Origin: Octopus vulgaris
Taxonomy: Eukaryota
DNA: 64,000 nt
Direction of reading: 5' to 3'
Assembly (NCBI GenBank): GCA_951406725.2
Contig: OX597826.1
Location: 61,442,001-61,506,000 of the forward strand
Position 1 is the first letter of the stretch; each line of letters opens with the position of its first letter. The position numbers were made by a program, and so were the translations under genes. This document shows positions 25,444 to 39,160 of the stretch, in pieces. Below the pieces are notes generated by a model. That model saw only the letters and a program-made list of their open reading frames with translations, searched no databases and was not told the DNA's origin.

Positions 25444-26731
25444 CAGATAATCCCATAAGTTCTGTCCGATTTTACCTTTTTTAAAACTGAATGAAATTTA
25501 ATAGTATTTTAGAATGTCTAATGCGATTGAAAATTATTTTTTATGCATTTGTGTACATTTAAACTAATTAAATATTATTTTACAGAATAATAGAACCAAA
25601 CTTTCTTTGATTAAAACCCTTTCTAGCATGGAAGTATCCAAAGAGCATTTGAGGCACATAATGCTTTACGAACCCCCAAAAGGAAACTCTGCAGCCGAAG
25701 CGATTCGAAACATACACTCAGTTTATGGGAAAGAATGCTTGAATGAAAGAACTTGCAGAAGATGGTTTGCAAAATTCAGAAGTGGAGATTTCAGCCTTGA
25801 AGATGAAGATCGAACAGGACGTCCAGTTGAGTTTGATGATAATCTCCTTGAGGCATTACTTGAAAAAAATCCTGCATTATCAGTTGAAGAATTGACAATA
25901 AAGCTTAGCTCAAACCATACAACTGTTCATCATCATCTTCAACAACTTGGAAAGGTTCCTAAACTTGGAAAATGGGTACCTAATGAATTGTCCGAAAGCA
26001 ACCGCAAATACCGAGTTGAGATCTGCTCTTCTCTCCGTTCTCGCGAACTCATTTCACCCTTTTTGGATAGACCTGTGACTAGTGACGAAAAATGGATCTT
26101 CTATCGAAATGTTAAACGTCGTAAACAGTGGCTAGTTAAAAGGGAAAAGCTCCAGCACAACTGAGAAGGGAACTTCATGGGAAAAAGGTTCTTCTCTCTA
26201 TCTGGTGGGATTGCAAAGGAGTAATTCACTTTGAATTGTTACCACCTAATGCAACAATCAATGCTCAAGTCTACTGTCATCAATTAGAGCGTTTGAACCA
26301 AGCTTTGAAGAAAAAAAGACTCGCTTTAGTGAATCGAAAAGGAGTGATGTTTCATCAGGACATTGCGCGACCCAACACTGCAAAGATCACATCACAGAAG
26401 ATCGAAGAGCTTGGTTGGGAAAAAATTCCTCATCCACCTTATTCTCTCCGACCTTGCTCCTTCAGACTACCATTTGTGTCGTAGTTTACAGAATCATTTG
26501 GGGGACATAACTTTCGCAAGCCAGGAGGAGGTCGAAACTGACATTTCACAGTTCTTCGCTTCGATGCCAAAAGAGTTTTACATTGATGGGATTAAAAAGC
26601 TTGTAAATAGATGGAAGGAAGTCATAGATAATCAGGGAAAGTACATTGATGGTTAAATTTCAATTAAATATAACATCTGATCACTTGTTTTCGCTATTCA
26701 AAATTCGGACAGAACTTATGGGATGACCTGA
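25443..26731 (+). mobile_element. Full-length mariner (DD34D), 1289 bp, frameshifted transposase
   Basis: TIRs TCAGATAATCCCATAAGTTCTGTCCGA / TCGGACAGAACTTATGGGATGACCTGA with TA flanks. WVPNEL, TSDEKW, FHQD, DLAPSDY motifs across ORFs 25607-26656. Confidence 0.95.
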
Positions 26732-26751
26732 TATATATATTTATATATATA

Positions 26752-28040
26752 CATCGTGGGGAAGCAAAATTTACAATGAACGTTAAGTTGTTTTTGCTCA
26801 GCAGGTACTAAGTCATTTGGTGTGAAACCTATCATATATTGATGTCATAATAATACCTAACACTATTATCCTTACCTTTTCAGAAGCTTTTCCCATATGA
26901 GTAATCAAGAAAGCAAATGTCAAAGAGTGTGTGATTTGCTGAATGCACTCGTCACACCAAAGGAAATTTCAAGAATAGTTGGAGTGTCCATAAAGACTGC
27001 TTATAATGTAAAGAATAGAATGACTATAAGCAAAACTATTACGAGGAATTCTGGAAGTGGAGGAATCAACAAAAAACGTACCAAAGCTTTATTAAAGCTC
27101 TCAAATCCCAAATCCTAAAGGATCCAACCAAATCCATGAGAAAAATGGCGATTGAAATTGAGGTGGACAAAAAGACCATTAGAAATGCAGTAAAATATGA
27201 TTTGAGGTTAAAATTTTACACAAGAACACCAAAACACTTGTTGACAACAGCTATGAAGGAAAAGAGATTGGAAAGGTGCAAGAAAATTATTACATGGTTC
27301 AAGAAAAAGTCCTCCATTGTAACGATCTTTTCAGATGAAAAGATATTCACTGTCGATGCTGTTCTGAACTGCAGAAATGACAGATTTATCGCAAAATCTA
27401 TAGCTGAGGTTAAGGGGAAATTCAAAACAAAATATCCTGCTCAAGTTATGGCTGTTGGTGTTGTGGCTTCCGATAGAAAGAAAGTGCGTATAAAATTCTA
27501 CAAAGCTGATGAAAAGATCAATGTTAATACTTACTACAAGACTCTGAGATACGAGGTATTGCCATGGCTTAAAGCAAACTACCCAGATGGTAATTATGTA
27601 TGGATACAGGATGGTGCTCCAGCCCACACAGCTAGAAAAATACAAGATTTCTGCAAATCTAACTTTAGCAATTGTTTGGAGTCATGTTTATGGCCGCCTT
27701 CTAGCCCAGATCTAAACCCTATGAATTATGCTATTTGGGGGCGTTTTAGAACATGCTACCAATAGAACATCACACAGCAATGTCGACTCTCTTAAAGATA
27801 TTATTAAAGAAGAATGGGAGAAGTTGTCTCTCGAATATTTGAGGAACATTTGTGCAAGTTTCAGGAAGCGTGTGAAGGCATTTAGTGAGAAAGAAGGAGG
27901 ACACATATAATAAAAGCATTTTCTATTATGTAATTTTTCTTGGGGCAAATAAATTCTCATGACTTTCAATAAACTAATTGGTCATACACTGTCTTTCAAT
28001 TCCTGCCTCAAAATATTGTAAATTTTGCTTCCCCACCCTG
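26752..28040 (+). mobile_element. Full-length maT (DD37D) Tc1/mariner element, inactive
   Basis: TIRs CATCGTGGGGAAGCAAAATTTACAAT / ATTGTAAATTTTGCTTCCCCACCCTG with TA TSD. FSDEK, QDGAPAH then 37 residues to SPDLNPM-N (third Asp replaced by Asn). Two frameshifts. Confidence 0.92.
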
Positions 28041-28077
<37 letters not shown>

Positions 28078-28200
28078 TAATCCAAACAAGAAAACACAGA
28101 GCAAAAGAGAAAAAAAAGGAGAAAAAAAAGAGAAAAAAACACAGCAACGCAGGACGTGGAACAATTAAAGTATTGACGCTCAGGAAAGAAGGGAAGGAGG

Positions 28201-28235
28201 GTTTAACGTTTCGAGCGGAGCTCTTCGTCGGAAAC
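28201..28235 (-). ncRNA. Variant minimal hammerhead motif in a Penelope-type pLTR
   Basis: GTTT-CCGACGAA-GAGC-TCC-GCTC-GAAA-CG-TT-AAAC; stems I and II pair and stem III is the palindrome ACGT. Confidence 0.6.
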
Positions 28236-30309
28236 AAGGATAAGGAAAGATCCCAAGGAGGGAAGACAGAGGAGACAATATTTGAGCTGGTGGTGCTTAA
28301 GAGATCACATGTTGAAAGAACAGAATATGAAGGTAGTTGAAAAATGGTTTTATAATGCAAGAGAGTTCCCAAAAAAGGGAATGCCTGTGTGTGTGTGTGC
28401 AAGATGACAAGTGTGTTTGTGCGTGCGTGCGTGTGTGTGTGTGTGTGTGTGTTTTTGGTGAATAAGGTAATGACAAAGCCAGCTGTGGTGATGACTACTA
28501 GCTGTTTGTGTCAAGCTAGGTCAAAGCCAGGTCAAAAAAAAAAACAAAGGGCTATATGTGTCATGATATATATATATATATATGTCAAAATAAGCAACAA
28601 GGATATCCAGAGGTAATGCGGTATGATCGTTTAATGCAACTCCATTTAATTGAACAATGCAATCATTACATCAATTTAAAATGCAGAGCAATCTTCAGCC
28701 GCACAAAACCATAGAATTTAATTAAATTAGAACAGATGGACACATTAGTATAATTATACCTAAAATCTTCAGGAAGTTAAGGAGATAGACAAAGAACATG
28801 TACCTACAACAGCATAAAAGACTTAATTAATAAATTGCTATCCCTTTCTTAAAATGTTCCATCCTATTAATTTTGGTATTTATATTGGTTTTATACAAAT
28901 AGCCCTTCCAATTAAGTACTCCTAAGAAACTGTAATATCATTTATGGATTAACGCAAGTAACATTTGAAATCTATATTATACCTCTTAATTTAATATTAA
29001 TATATGGTTAGCTTGTCCTTTTAACAAAAAATATCTTTTCAACTAATACCGGGTTTCAGTCCTGATTATAGTAAACAATTTTTAGCTCACAAATTATAAT
29101 ACATTTTCTATAAATACTTGCTATTAGAGTTAATAAGGTATGAATATTTTATTATTTTATTAGTTTTTTTTTTGTGATTAGACTGTTTTTATTCCTTTTC
29201 CATGATTTTCTACCCTAACTGATCGTTTTTGTTGTTATTGTTATTTTTATAGCAGCCTTAAATAAATCTAATCCTTGTACCTCTATTAATTCATACTCAG
29301 CTTATGTAAGGTAATACTGGTATCTCTACAACTTAAAATTAGTTCAATTTTAATTAAATCAGTATTTTACTTCAGTTGTCCCCTCTTATTAAATACCAGT
29401 AAAATCCAATTGATCAATCTCCTTAAAAACCATATAATAAGTTAATATTTTAGATAAGTAATAAGTATATAAATATTAATCTATTTCTTTGCAATTTCCT
29501 TTTCCTCCCTCTGTTGTGGTAAAAATTCGGTACTTACTCAAAATATTCAAAGAAGTGGTATCCTTTTGTTAAAATTTTCATTCTTAATAATCTTCTTGAT
29601 TACGCAACCTTATACAGTATGACAATATTATTTGAAATGATCTTTAGAAATGATTTGATTTTTCTCTTTCTTAAATGGCTCTACCCTCCTGATCTTAGTA
29701 TTTATAAGGAACTTTATATAAATAAACTTTCCAAAAAAGTACCACTAAGAAACTATAAATATCATGTAGGGAGTAACAATAACTTCTGAAATCAATAATA
29801 TAACCCTTAATTTAAAAAAAAGATTAATTTAAAACAGAATTGTTCCATAACTTAGATATTCCTTTACCCGATACCAAACATCAGTCTTTTATAGATATTA
29901 GCTAAATAAGTAAATATTATTTTTAGTCTAATATATTTTGAATTATTATATTTTTTCTAAAAAATCTTCTCTATTGGTGAACAAGCTACATATACCTAAT
30001 CATAGTATTAGTAATTAAGCCATTTTGTTCCTTTTCTATGGTGTTCTGCCCTTGATTATTTTATTTTATAATAAGCCTTTATTTATTTATTTATTTATTT
30101 ATAAAATTTTTATAGAACATATTCTAATTTACCTATTGAATCAACTGTAATTAGTTAGAGTGAACAATTATTACTTTAATATATCTTATTAGTTAAATTG
30201 TAATAGGTTGTAAATATATATAGCTGTGTGTATGTGTATGTGTATATGTATATATATATGTGTATATGTATGTGTGTGTATCCATGTGTGTGTGTGTGCA
30301 TATATATAT

Positions 30310-31030
30310 AGTAGTAACAGAAAAGAGGAATTTCTATTATCCCCACGTGGTGAGTTGTAATGTATATAAGAAATTAAAAAAGGAAAATACGCACACTTAC
30401 ATAGTTTTAATATAATTTTTGATATATCGACCGGTTTCGCTATCGCTATTCATGGTATTATGTTTTACTTATTTGAATATATATTTTTTCTTAAGAAGAA
30501 ATTTTGTCCATGTTGTATGTGATGAAATTCACGAGTGAATGACTTCACAAGTGGATAAATAAAGGGAGGTAATTGGTTTTCGTTATTATTGTGAGTAAGG
30601 GAGATAACTGTTCAGCTTTCGGTAATGGGAGGGGAATATATATATGTGCAGATAGAGACAAGTTTCAAGAACCTTGTTTAGTGAGGGGATTTATGTACAG
30701 TGATTTAATCGTGAATTGAAATATGTAAAAAGATAAAAGTTGGTTATGCGTGCATATTAAGACGTATTTTGTATTTTTCAATGAAAAAAAGTTTCTTTAT
30801 TTAAATGTTCTAGTTGAGAGGTTGTGTCTTTGCACTGGTAGAAAGGGAAGGCTGAGAAATTTGGCTTCATGTCATCTGCACATTTTTCTATATGTTCATT
30901 GAGAAGAATTTGCCTGTATTGCGGGAAATGGATTTGCTCTTTATGTAGAGTGGTTCTCTTTCTCAAGGTCATACTCGTTTGTCCAATATAGTTGTGTCCG
31001 CAACCCGAGCAGGTTATTACACAAATGAAC
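30310..31030 (-). mobile_element. Penelope-like 3' fragment (GIY-YIG)
   Basis: VITCSGCGHNYIGQTSMTLRKRTTLHKEQI; same family as 55870-56880. Confidence 0.8.
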
Positions 31031-32164
31031 CGGTGTGTGACCAGCAGCTTTCCTCATGTCTCCGGAAATTATACCTACATTGTTATGGATGAATTCACCT
31101 TCTCTGGGAAGTTAACAACCTTTTTAAAAGCTTTTTATAAAACTGTGCATCATTAGAAAGCATTTTAAGTCTGCTTACAATTTGACTTTAAATTTCATAG
31201 AACTCACTCCTAATACTTCATGAGGATAATCAAACTCTCTAGGATGTCTGGAAAACATATATGTGATTTAGCTGATGACATTTGTATTTGCAGCAATATT
31301 TGCAGCTTCAAATAAAATTGCTCTTAGTATGAAACAATTGTACTAAACTACTAATCCATTCTTGTTGCTTTTTTCTTGGTTATAACCACCCCACATTATT
31401 TTATGGTTAATACCATAAAGAATTCTGGTGCATCTAAGTTAAGTACCATATTCATTTGAATTCATTGGAATTCACTTGAATCTTAATTGTTTTTGCTGAA
31501 AGTATATATATATATATGTGTGTGTGTGTGTATTCATATGTACGTTAAGGTATGTATATATGAATATTATTAACATTTTCAATTATTTATGATCTATTTA
31601 CAGTTAGTTTTACTCATTCGGTTTTCAATCAACCAACCGTAACCGAGACAAAGAAATTCAAATTTGTTAACCAATTAGATTTAGCTTATGATTAAAAATA
31701 ATCGCTCACCAATTCCCGATAGATTAAAACCACTAAAATATTAATATATAACGAATAATAAGGCTCATATAGCTTATCTTTTATCTCTTAATATATGAAC
31801 TTTTATTACGCAATATTCTGGGAAATTATATTATAAATATGTTGTAATATGTATGTATATTTTCGTTATGATGAAAAGAAAAAAAATCATATAGGTATTG
31901 GTGTATATTTGTACGTATGTATATATATGCATGTGTATGTATTTGTTGCCCACACACATGTACTTATATGTATGCAGGGATATAATGTAATAACTCTATA
32001 TTAACTGTATGATATATGAATATATTGACTGTGATTTTAAAATTAATAAGATTACATCTTTCATAAATATCGGTTTATATTATATTATAGTATACTATAT
32101 ATTTGAATTTCTTATACTATGTATTGTGAAGTGAAGAATACACAGAATCTAATAGTATTATTAA

Positions 32165-32279
<115 letters not shown>

Positions 32280-32604
32280 TTATGCGTGTAACTTGTTTCA
32301 TGTATATATTTTTGACTGTACTTTATAATCTCTGACGAGGCCTAGGGATATATATATATACACCTCATTTTCCATTGCCTACCACCTCAATACACTTGAC
32401 AATGAGTTACTAAACAATGAGTTACTAAACAGCTGTAAGTGATTTTAATAACTACTTGTATTCTTATCTTATATCTTATATGCATTTAATTTTATACTGT
32501 ATATATGTATATTATTATGGTTGTCGTTTTGATAAATAAATAAGTCAACATTTTAATATCCTAAAGCTGATGAACCAACTAATATGCTTCTCCATTTTCT
32601 TATT

Positions 32605-32655
<51 letters not shown>

Positions 32656-33359
32656 GACGGTCTTCTTTCAGTTTCCGTCTACCAAATTCACTCACAAAGC
32701 TTTGGTCAGCTCGACGCCTCGACGCTAATCGTTGAAAAGAATTTCATTAACAAATAATTCTCACGTACTCTCTGCACGCTAATGTTAGCTATTCAGGTAC
32801 TGCAAGTCACTGTGTCGGTCATGGAGACACCATGTTATTGTTGTTTAATCTCGATACTATTATTAAGATATGCAATTCATGGGAAATAATACAACGTGGT
32901 GCTAAACTAAAATCAATTTTTAAAAAATGAAAAAAGGTAAAACACAATTCAAAAGACTTGAAAATGAATGTGAATTAGCGAAGACAGAGAAAATATTATA
33001 GGAATAATTTTTACATATATCAAAAGAAAAATACGAAGGGAAATCAGAAAGTAGAGCGATTTTTAGTTGCATTATTCGTTGATTTACCCACCTGTATACG
33101 TGTGTGAATCTAAACATTAATGCAGAAAAGCTGTATTACTTTCTGACTCACGTTAGTATATTTAGTAAGTCCCAGTTCAAATGATTGCAAGTAGAAAATG
33201 TGTAAAATAATAATTTAAAACTGGAACTTTATATTGTTAACGTTTTGCTCCATAATTGCACAACGCTTAAGGTTTGCGATTATAAAGGATTAATAAAAAA
33301 TAACTAACTACATTAATTAATTATTTATAAGTATAATATTTTTTCTTTTTGCGTCCTTT

Positions 33360-33575
33360 TTAAAGCCCAGTCAGGCTCATGGGCCCGGTCTCCTTAGCTG
33401 GACGGGGCGCCAGTCCATCGCAGCGTTACTCATTTTTTTCCAGCTGAGTGGACTGGAACAACGTGAAATGAAGAGTTTTACTCGAGAACACAACGCGTCG
33501 GCCGGTCCAGGAATCGAAATCCCAATCTTACAATCATGATGCTGACACCTTAACCACTAAGCCACGAGCCTCTAC
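33360..33575 (-). mobile_element. tRNA-derived SINE in intron 1
   Basis: Minus strand GGCTCGTGGCTTAGTGGTTAAGG...TTCGATTCCTGGACCGG, plus core CAGTCCACTCAGCTG. Confidence 0.8.
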
Positions 33576-33617
33576 ATAAGCGTAATATAGAAAAAATAAA
33601 AATATATAACATCTTAC

Positions 33618-33651
33618 CAACAAATATGTATTGAGGCAAAACTCTGTTCAT
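33618..33651 (-). CDS. Gene B exon 1 (start codon; signal peptide N-terminus)
   Basis: aaaATG AAC AGA GTT TTG CCT CAA TAC ATA TTT GTT G|gtaaga. Phase 1 joins exon 2 to give MNRVLPQYIFVVTIFLWITLSNG-C. Total CDS 693 nt, 230 aa. Confidence 0.75.
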
Positions 33652-33704
33652 TTTCGATGGTCTTAGTTTGAGGAAAAAGCAAACAGCTTTGGTTGTGGCT
33701 AGGA

Positions 33705-33822
33705 AAGAGTGTATACTGTTGTGAAGATAAAGAGCTTATATGTAGGAACAGTATATATGTGAACAGTATTGAATTAAATTTATACCTTTACCTGTTCTGT
33801 ATTGTTTAAAATCTGATTGGCT
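33705..33822 (-). promoter_or_regulatory. Putative core promoter of gene B (CCAAT box + TATA-like + Inr-like)
   Basis: AGCCAATCAG at 33813-33822, TATAAG at 33735-33740, CACT ~30 nt downstream at ~33710, ATG at 33651. Confidence 0.6.
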
Positions 33823-34009
33823 ACCTTTAACGAGTTTTCTTTAATAGACAACAGCATCGCATTTGCTCAATACACTTAGAAACCCGTTTTTCGACAATGC
33901 ACAAAATTGAGAGGTGCAGCGCACATACATACATAATACATACATAATTACATACATACGTATATGTTATATAATTAATACATGAACACCAAAAGACGCC
34001 CTATATAAT

Positions 34010-34051
<42 letters not shown>

Positions 34052-34054
34052 TCT

Positions 34055-34445
34055 TTACTATTTTACTTGTTTCAGTCGTTTGGCTGTGGCCTTGCTGGGG
34101 CACCGCCTTTAGTCGAGCAAATCGACCCCAGGACTCATTCTTTGTAAGCCTAGTACTTATTCTATCGGTCTCTTTTGAAGAACCGCTAAGTTACGGGCAC
34201 GTAAACACACCAGCACCGGCTGTCAAGCGATGTTGGTGGGGGGGGGGACAAACACATATACACACATACACATATATATATATATATATACGACGGGCTT
34301 CTTTCAGTTTCCGTCTACCAAATCCACTCACAAGGATTTGGTCGGCCCGAGGCTATAGTATAAGACACTTGCCCAAGGTGCCACGTAGTGGGACTGAACA
34401 CGGAACCATGTGGTTGGTAAGAAAGCTACTTACCACCCAGCCACT
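34055..34445 (-). mobile_element. Bipartite tRNA-derived SINE (head 34290-34445, body 34055-34250) with internal microsatellite
   Basis: TGGCTGGGTGGTAAG / GTTCAGTCCC boxes; 3' end GGCGGTGCCCCAGCAAGGCCACAG shared with the LINE 3' UTR at 8838-8860. Confidence 0.8.
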
Positions 34446-34891
34446 TCTACAATAACTACATTTACCTACTCCTACAATAACGGAAAAATGCATTCACCCA
34501 CTGAACCAAGAACTGTTTAAATGAGGTTACTGGTCAATTGCTTTTACAAATAGATGGAAGTGATTATTTTAGAATTTCTTGTTAAGAATTAGCGTGAAGT
34601 TAAGAAGTTCGCTTCTGAACCACGTTCTTTTGGGTTCACTCCACGGCACCGCACCTTAAGCGAGTGTCTTTGGGCCGATTGATGCCGCTGCCAGGAGAGC
34701 GAAATTTTTGTAGTCGGAGTGTGTGTGGAACGGGTAAATTTCGGCGTAGATATGCTTCTTAGCTAGCTGATCCTTTGATTTAATAATTACTCAACGAGTA
34801 GTACTCTTTATTCCTTATAAATGTTCTTCTTGCATATAAATATATCTTACATCAATTATTCAAATACAAGAAAAATTATAATGAAATAAAA

Positions 34892-37392
34892 ATATTGTTA
34901 TATTTCGAAATGGTCATTTTGCTAGTTTAGCCTATAAAAACACACGCACTATATATTTGGTGTTATTTTGCTTCAGTGTTATTTATTTTTTACATTAATC
35001 TTAATCTTATTTCGGCCAGAGTTCTTTCGTCACACTCCTGTGACCGCATTAGTGGTCTTTTGTTTTCTTCTTTCTTATTTGTGTCTCTCTTTACCAACCG
35101 TCAGCCATTTTGTATTTCTATTGTATATCTTCATTTGCGCATGCCTATATCTCTATGTGCGTCTATGTTTATTTAGTGTGTGTGGGGGATGCCTGTAATA
35201 TTTGTATCTTCTGTTTATATACGTTCATGTAATTTGTTTTTGTTGCTTTTGTTTATTCTTATTTTGTTCATGTGTTTACATCCACTAATTATTATCATTA
35301 CGTATGCTTGTATGTATGTATAACGACAATACTAGTAATATTAATAATAATAGTAAATAAAAAAAATCTTTTAAATTAAACAAAAAAAAAACTTATATAG
35401 TTATTTATTTCTATTTGTTTATTTATCTGTGTATTTTATTTATTATGTTTTCGGTTTTGTTTATATTGTAACCAGTTTATGGGGATCCTCTACCGTCATA
35501 TGTTGTGGTGTGTGCTAGTGTTCCATTCCAGTTTCCTATTCAGGCTAGGTTTATCTTCTATTATGTGTATAGCTTCTGTAATTTGTCTGATTGTTGCATC
35601 TGTTCTATGTGCGGACAATATTTTAATTTCTATGTTGTTGATTGTTCCCCCGTATTCCTGTTCGGCGTGTTGGTACAGAATCGATGAGCTTTTACTTTCC
35701 TTAAGTCCTCTCCAATGAACATTTACCCGCTCTCCTATGCTTCTTGCCGTTTCCCCTACGTATGTCGTTGTCTTGTTACTGCATCGTCCCTCTATACATC
35801 TTATACTATAGATTACATTTCTGGCTTTACAGTAAGTTTGTGGGCTAAATCTACATACAGTACAGTACTTATCTGTACAGGGGGTTCTACTAAAAGGGTA
35901 GGTTCTACCGATTATAGATTTGATAGGGTTGCCTGGCTTTTCAACAACCTTAATCCTTAGCTTAAGTTTGTCTAGGGTCCTTCTAAAGCGGTACGCCAGT
36001 TCACCTCCAGGAGTGGTGTCAACGAACATGACACTCTGGTATTTATGGCTATCATACCAAGAGTTGGCCTTCCCTATTTTTTTTGTCCTTTCTATAGTGT
36101 TCCATGACTTGTTCCTATAGAGTGGGCAAATCCCATTCCTATCATTACATAATATATTATCAAATTTCTTCATGGCTCCTTTGTATACTCTGATCCTTTC
36201 TTTATGGCTGTAACCTGAGAACTGCATGCGGTGAATGAAATATTGTATTTGTCTCTTTAACTCTGTAGGCTTGCACATGCGTGATACATTTCTCATTATT
36301 CTGACGAGGTCTGCCATCAAAATATTGAATTTGGCATTGTCTGCAACCCTATCAAATCTATAATCGGTAGAACCTACCCTTTTAGTAGAACCCCCTGTAC
36401 AGATAAGTACTGTACTGTATGTAGATTTAGCCCACAAACTTACTGTAAAGCCAGAAATGTAGTCTATAGTATAAGATGTATAGAGGGACGATGCAGTAAC
36501 AAGACAACGACATACGTAGGGGAAACGGCAAGAAGCATAGGAAAGCGGGTAAATGTTCATTGGAGAGGACTTAAGGAAGGTAAAAGCTCATCGATTCTGT
36601 ACCAACACGCCGAACAGGAATACGGGGGCTCAATCAACAACATAGAAATTAAAATATTGTCCGCACATAGAACAGATGCAACAATCAGACAAATTACAGA
36701 AGCTATACACATAATAGAAGATAAATCTAGCCTGAATAGGAAACTGGAATGGAACACTAGCACACACCACAACATATGACGGTAGAGGATTCCCATAAAC
36801 TGGTTACAATATAAACAAAACCGAAAACATAATAAATAAAATTCACAGATAAATAAGCAAGTAGAAATAAATAACTATATAAGTTTTTTTTTGTTTAATT
36901 TAAAAGATTTTTTTATTTACTAGTATTATTATTATTATAACTAGTATTGTTGTTATACATACATACATACAGGCATACGTAATGATAATAATAATAAGTG
37001 GATGTAAAAACATGAACAAAATAAGTATAAACAAAAACAACAACAAAAACAAATTACATGAACGTATATAAACAGAAGATACAAATATTACAGGCATCCC
37101 CCACACACTAAATAAACATAGACGCACATAGAGATATAAGCATGCGCAAATAAAGACATACAATAAAAATACAAAATGGCTGACGGTTAGTAAAGAGAGA
37201 CACAAATAAGAAAGAAGAAAACAAAAGATCACTAATGCGGTCACAGGAGTGTGACGAAAGAACTCTGGCCGAAATAAGATTAAGATTAATGTAAAAAATA
37301 AATAACACTGAAGCAAAATAACACCAAATATTTTGTGCGTGTGTTTTTATTGGCTAAACTGGCAAAATGACCATTCCGAAATATAACAATAT
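34892..37392. mobile_element. Penelope-like insertion with ~1.04-kb inverted arms (34892-35932 / 36343-37392)
   Basis: Arms are reverse complements around a 410-bp spacer. The minus-strand ORF C-terminus has GIY-YIG (NVIYSIRC..TYVGETARSIGERVNVH..EAIHI). Degenerate hammerhead in each arm. Confidence 0.92.
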
Positions 37393-38414
37393 CTGTTTCA
37401 ACACACGACTTCACATCAAAAATCTTGCACAACAAATATAGAAATAAAAATAATACAAATTATAATATAAAAATATATAATACAATAAAAGAAATATTCA
37501 TTTAAGGATTGACTACATTTTACTTTGATAAAGAAATAAGCTACCTGATTTAGGTTTACAATTTTATATGTAAGGCGGTGAAACTGGGTCACTAACATCG
37601 TTTTTATTTTCTAGCTTTGAATTAACAAGTTTAATATTTCATGAGGTTATTCATTTATTCAGGTAATTCACCTATTCAGGGAATGTTCTTTTTTCTTCGT
37701 TTCTTACAAGCAAAGCTATTCGACTACAGGGAATGCTTTGTCAAAACAAAATGAATAGTTCAAACAATACATGTAGTAATGTATATTAATAAATATTGTT
37801 TTCACAATAAGTTTTAGGATTTTGCACAAAGTTTTCAGAAGAATCATTCTTGCAGCAGAAAACAATATTATTATTGCTTTTCTAAAAAAAAAGTTACTAA
37901 AATACTGACAAAAGATATATGCCATAAATATATTAGATCAACATAATTAAGCAACAGACAGCTAGATGAATTATTTGAATTCATTTTATTCAATTTATAA
38001 GACAAAAGATCACCAACCAAAGTTACTGCTGTTGATATCAAATTACAGTATTGTTTCTACCCGAGGAATTAGTAGTTTGTAACACATTGCCTTCTATGCA
38101 TTAAGTCTTCACGTTCAGTGTTTTAGTCACCTTCCTACAAAAAGATACCACGAAGAGGTACCAGAGAAAGCTTTCTCCTTAGACAATAGTCACACTATAT
38201 AATTGATAAGTTATTTCGTTGATTTCTTGCAATGATAATTAAACTTACAAGAATATGTCTAGTTAAGTTGACCGCTTGTTTCACTTCCAAAAAAGAAGTC
38301 ACTTACCATGTTGTATGAGCTGGAATAAACCCTATTACTCTTTATCTTCAACATAAGTTGTTTCTCAGTACTGTGTACATAGTGTATATAAAAATTTCTA
38401 GTAAAAGAGGTTTC

Positions 38415-38837
38415 GGATCTTTTCAGTTTGAACGGCAGTTTTTTCCTAGCGGTGTCATATGAAAGTGTCACCCATAATTATGACCCTGGTATCGATCTAT
38501 TGCATTTCAATCTATTTTAGGGTTAGGGTTAGGGTTAGGGGTGGGGGGAAGGGTATCTTTTTTTCTTCACAAATGTAAATAAACCCAATCTGTTTCTTAA
38601 ACGAAGGACATATTCATACGGCACAGAATGTTTTTTACCTCAATACGTCAGTGATTGGTTGAAATTGCAGAAATTGAAGAAAAAACAACAACAAATATCT
38701 TACAAACTATAGAATTTTCTCAATAAAGCCAAGAGAAAAAGATGTTTTATAAACACATTCTACCAGTATACGAAGTTTAAAATTTTTTAGTTACCTAGAA
38801 ATTATTTTAAAAACTGCCATTCAAACCGAAAAGATCC
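38415..38837. mobile_element. Merlin-like MITE with 8-bp TSD and internal (TTAGGG)4
   Basis: TIR GGATCTTTTCAGTTTGAACGGCAGTTTTT / AAAAACTGCCATTCAAACCGAAAAGATCC; perfect TSD GAGGTTTC (38407-38414, 38838-38845). Confidence 0.85.
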
Positions 38838-38889
38838 GAGGTTTCTCTGTGTGGTCTACTCAATTGTACTCTGAATCTAGGCTTATTTC

Positions 38890-39160
38890 ATGACTCACAA
38901 TCCGTAAGGTCGTGGGTTCCTTGCTGTGCGTTGTGTCCTCGAGCAAGACACTTTATTTCACATTACTCCAGTTCACTCAGTTGGCAGAAATGATTAGTAC
39001 CTGTATTTCAAAGGACCAGTCTTGTCACATTCTGTGTTACGCTGAATCTCCTTGAGAACTACGTTAAGGGTATATGTGAAGTGCTCAACTACTTGCACGT
39101 TAGGCCACTTGCACTAGCAGGGTGTTCCATTGATCGGATCAACTGGAACCCTCGTCAGTA
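38890..39160 (+). mobile_element. tRNA-derived SINE (same family as 41571)
   Basis: Core GAGCAAGACACTTTATTTCAC; tail GAGAACTACGTTAAGGG...GGAACCCTCGTC. Confidence 0.75.

Noticed and set aside
28560-30180. AT-rich coding-like stretch on the minus strand
   Set aside because: Possibly an old Penelope relic, but too degraded to assign by eye.
35496-36560. Novel 354-aa host gene
   Set aside because: Chimera made by the Penelope inversion; the first ~73 aa are antisense GIY-YIG sequence.
38517-38540. Telomere or chromosome fusion site
   Set aside because: Only four repeats, inside a TIR/TSD-bounded MITE.
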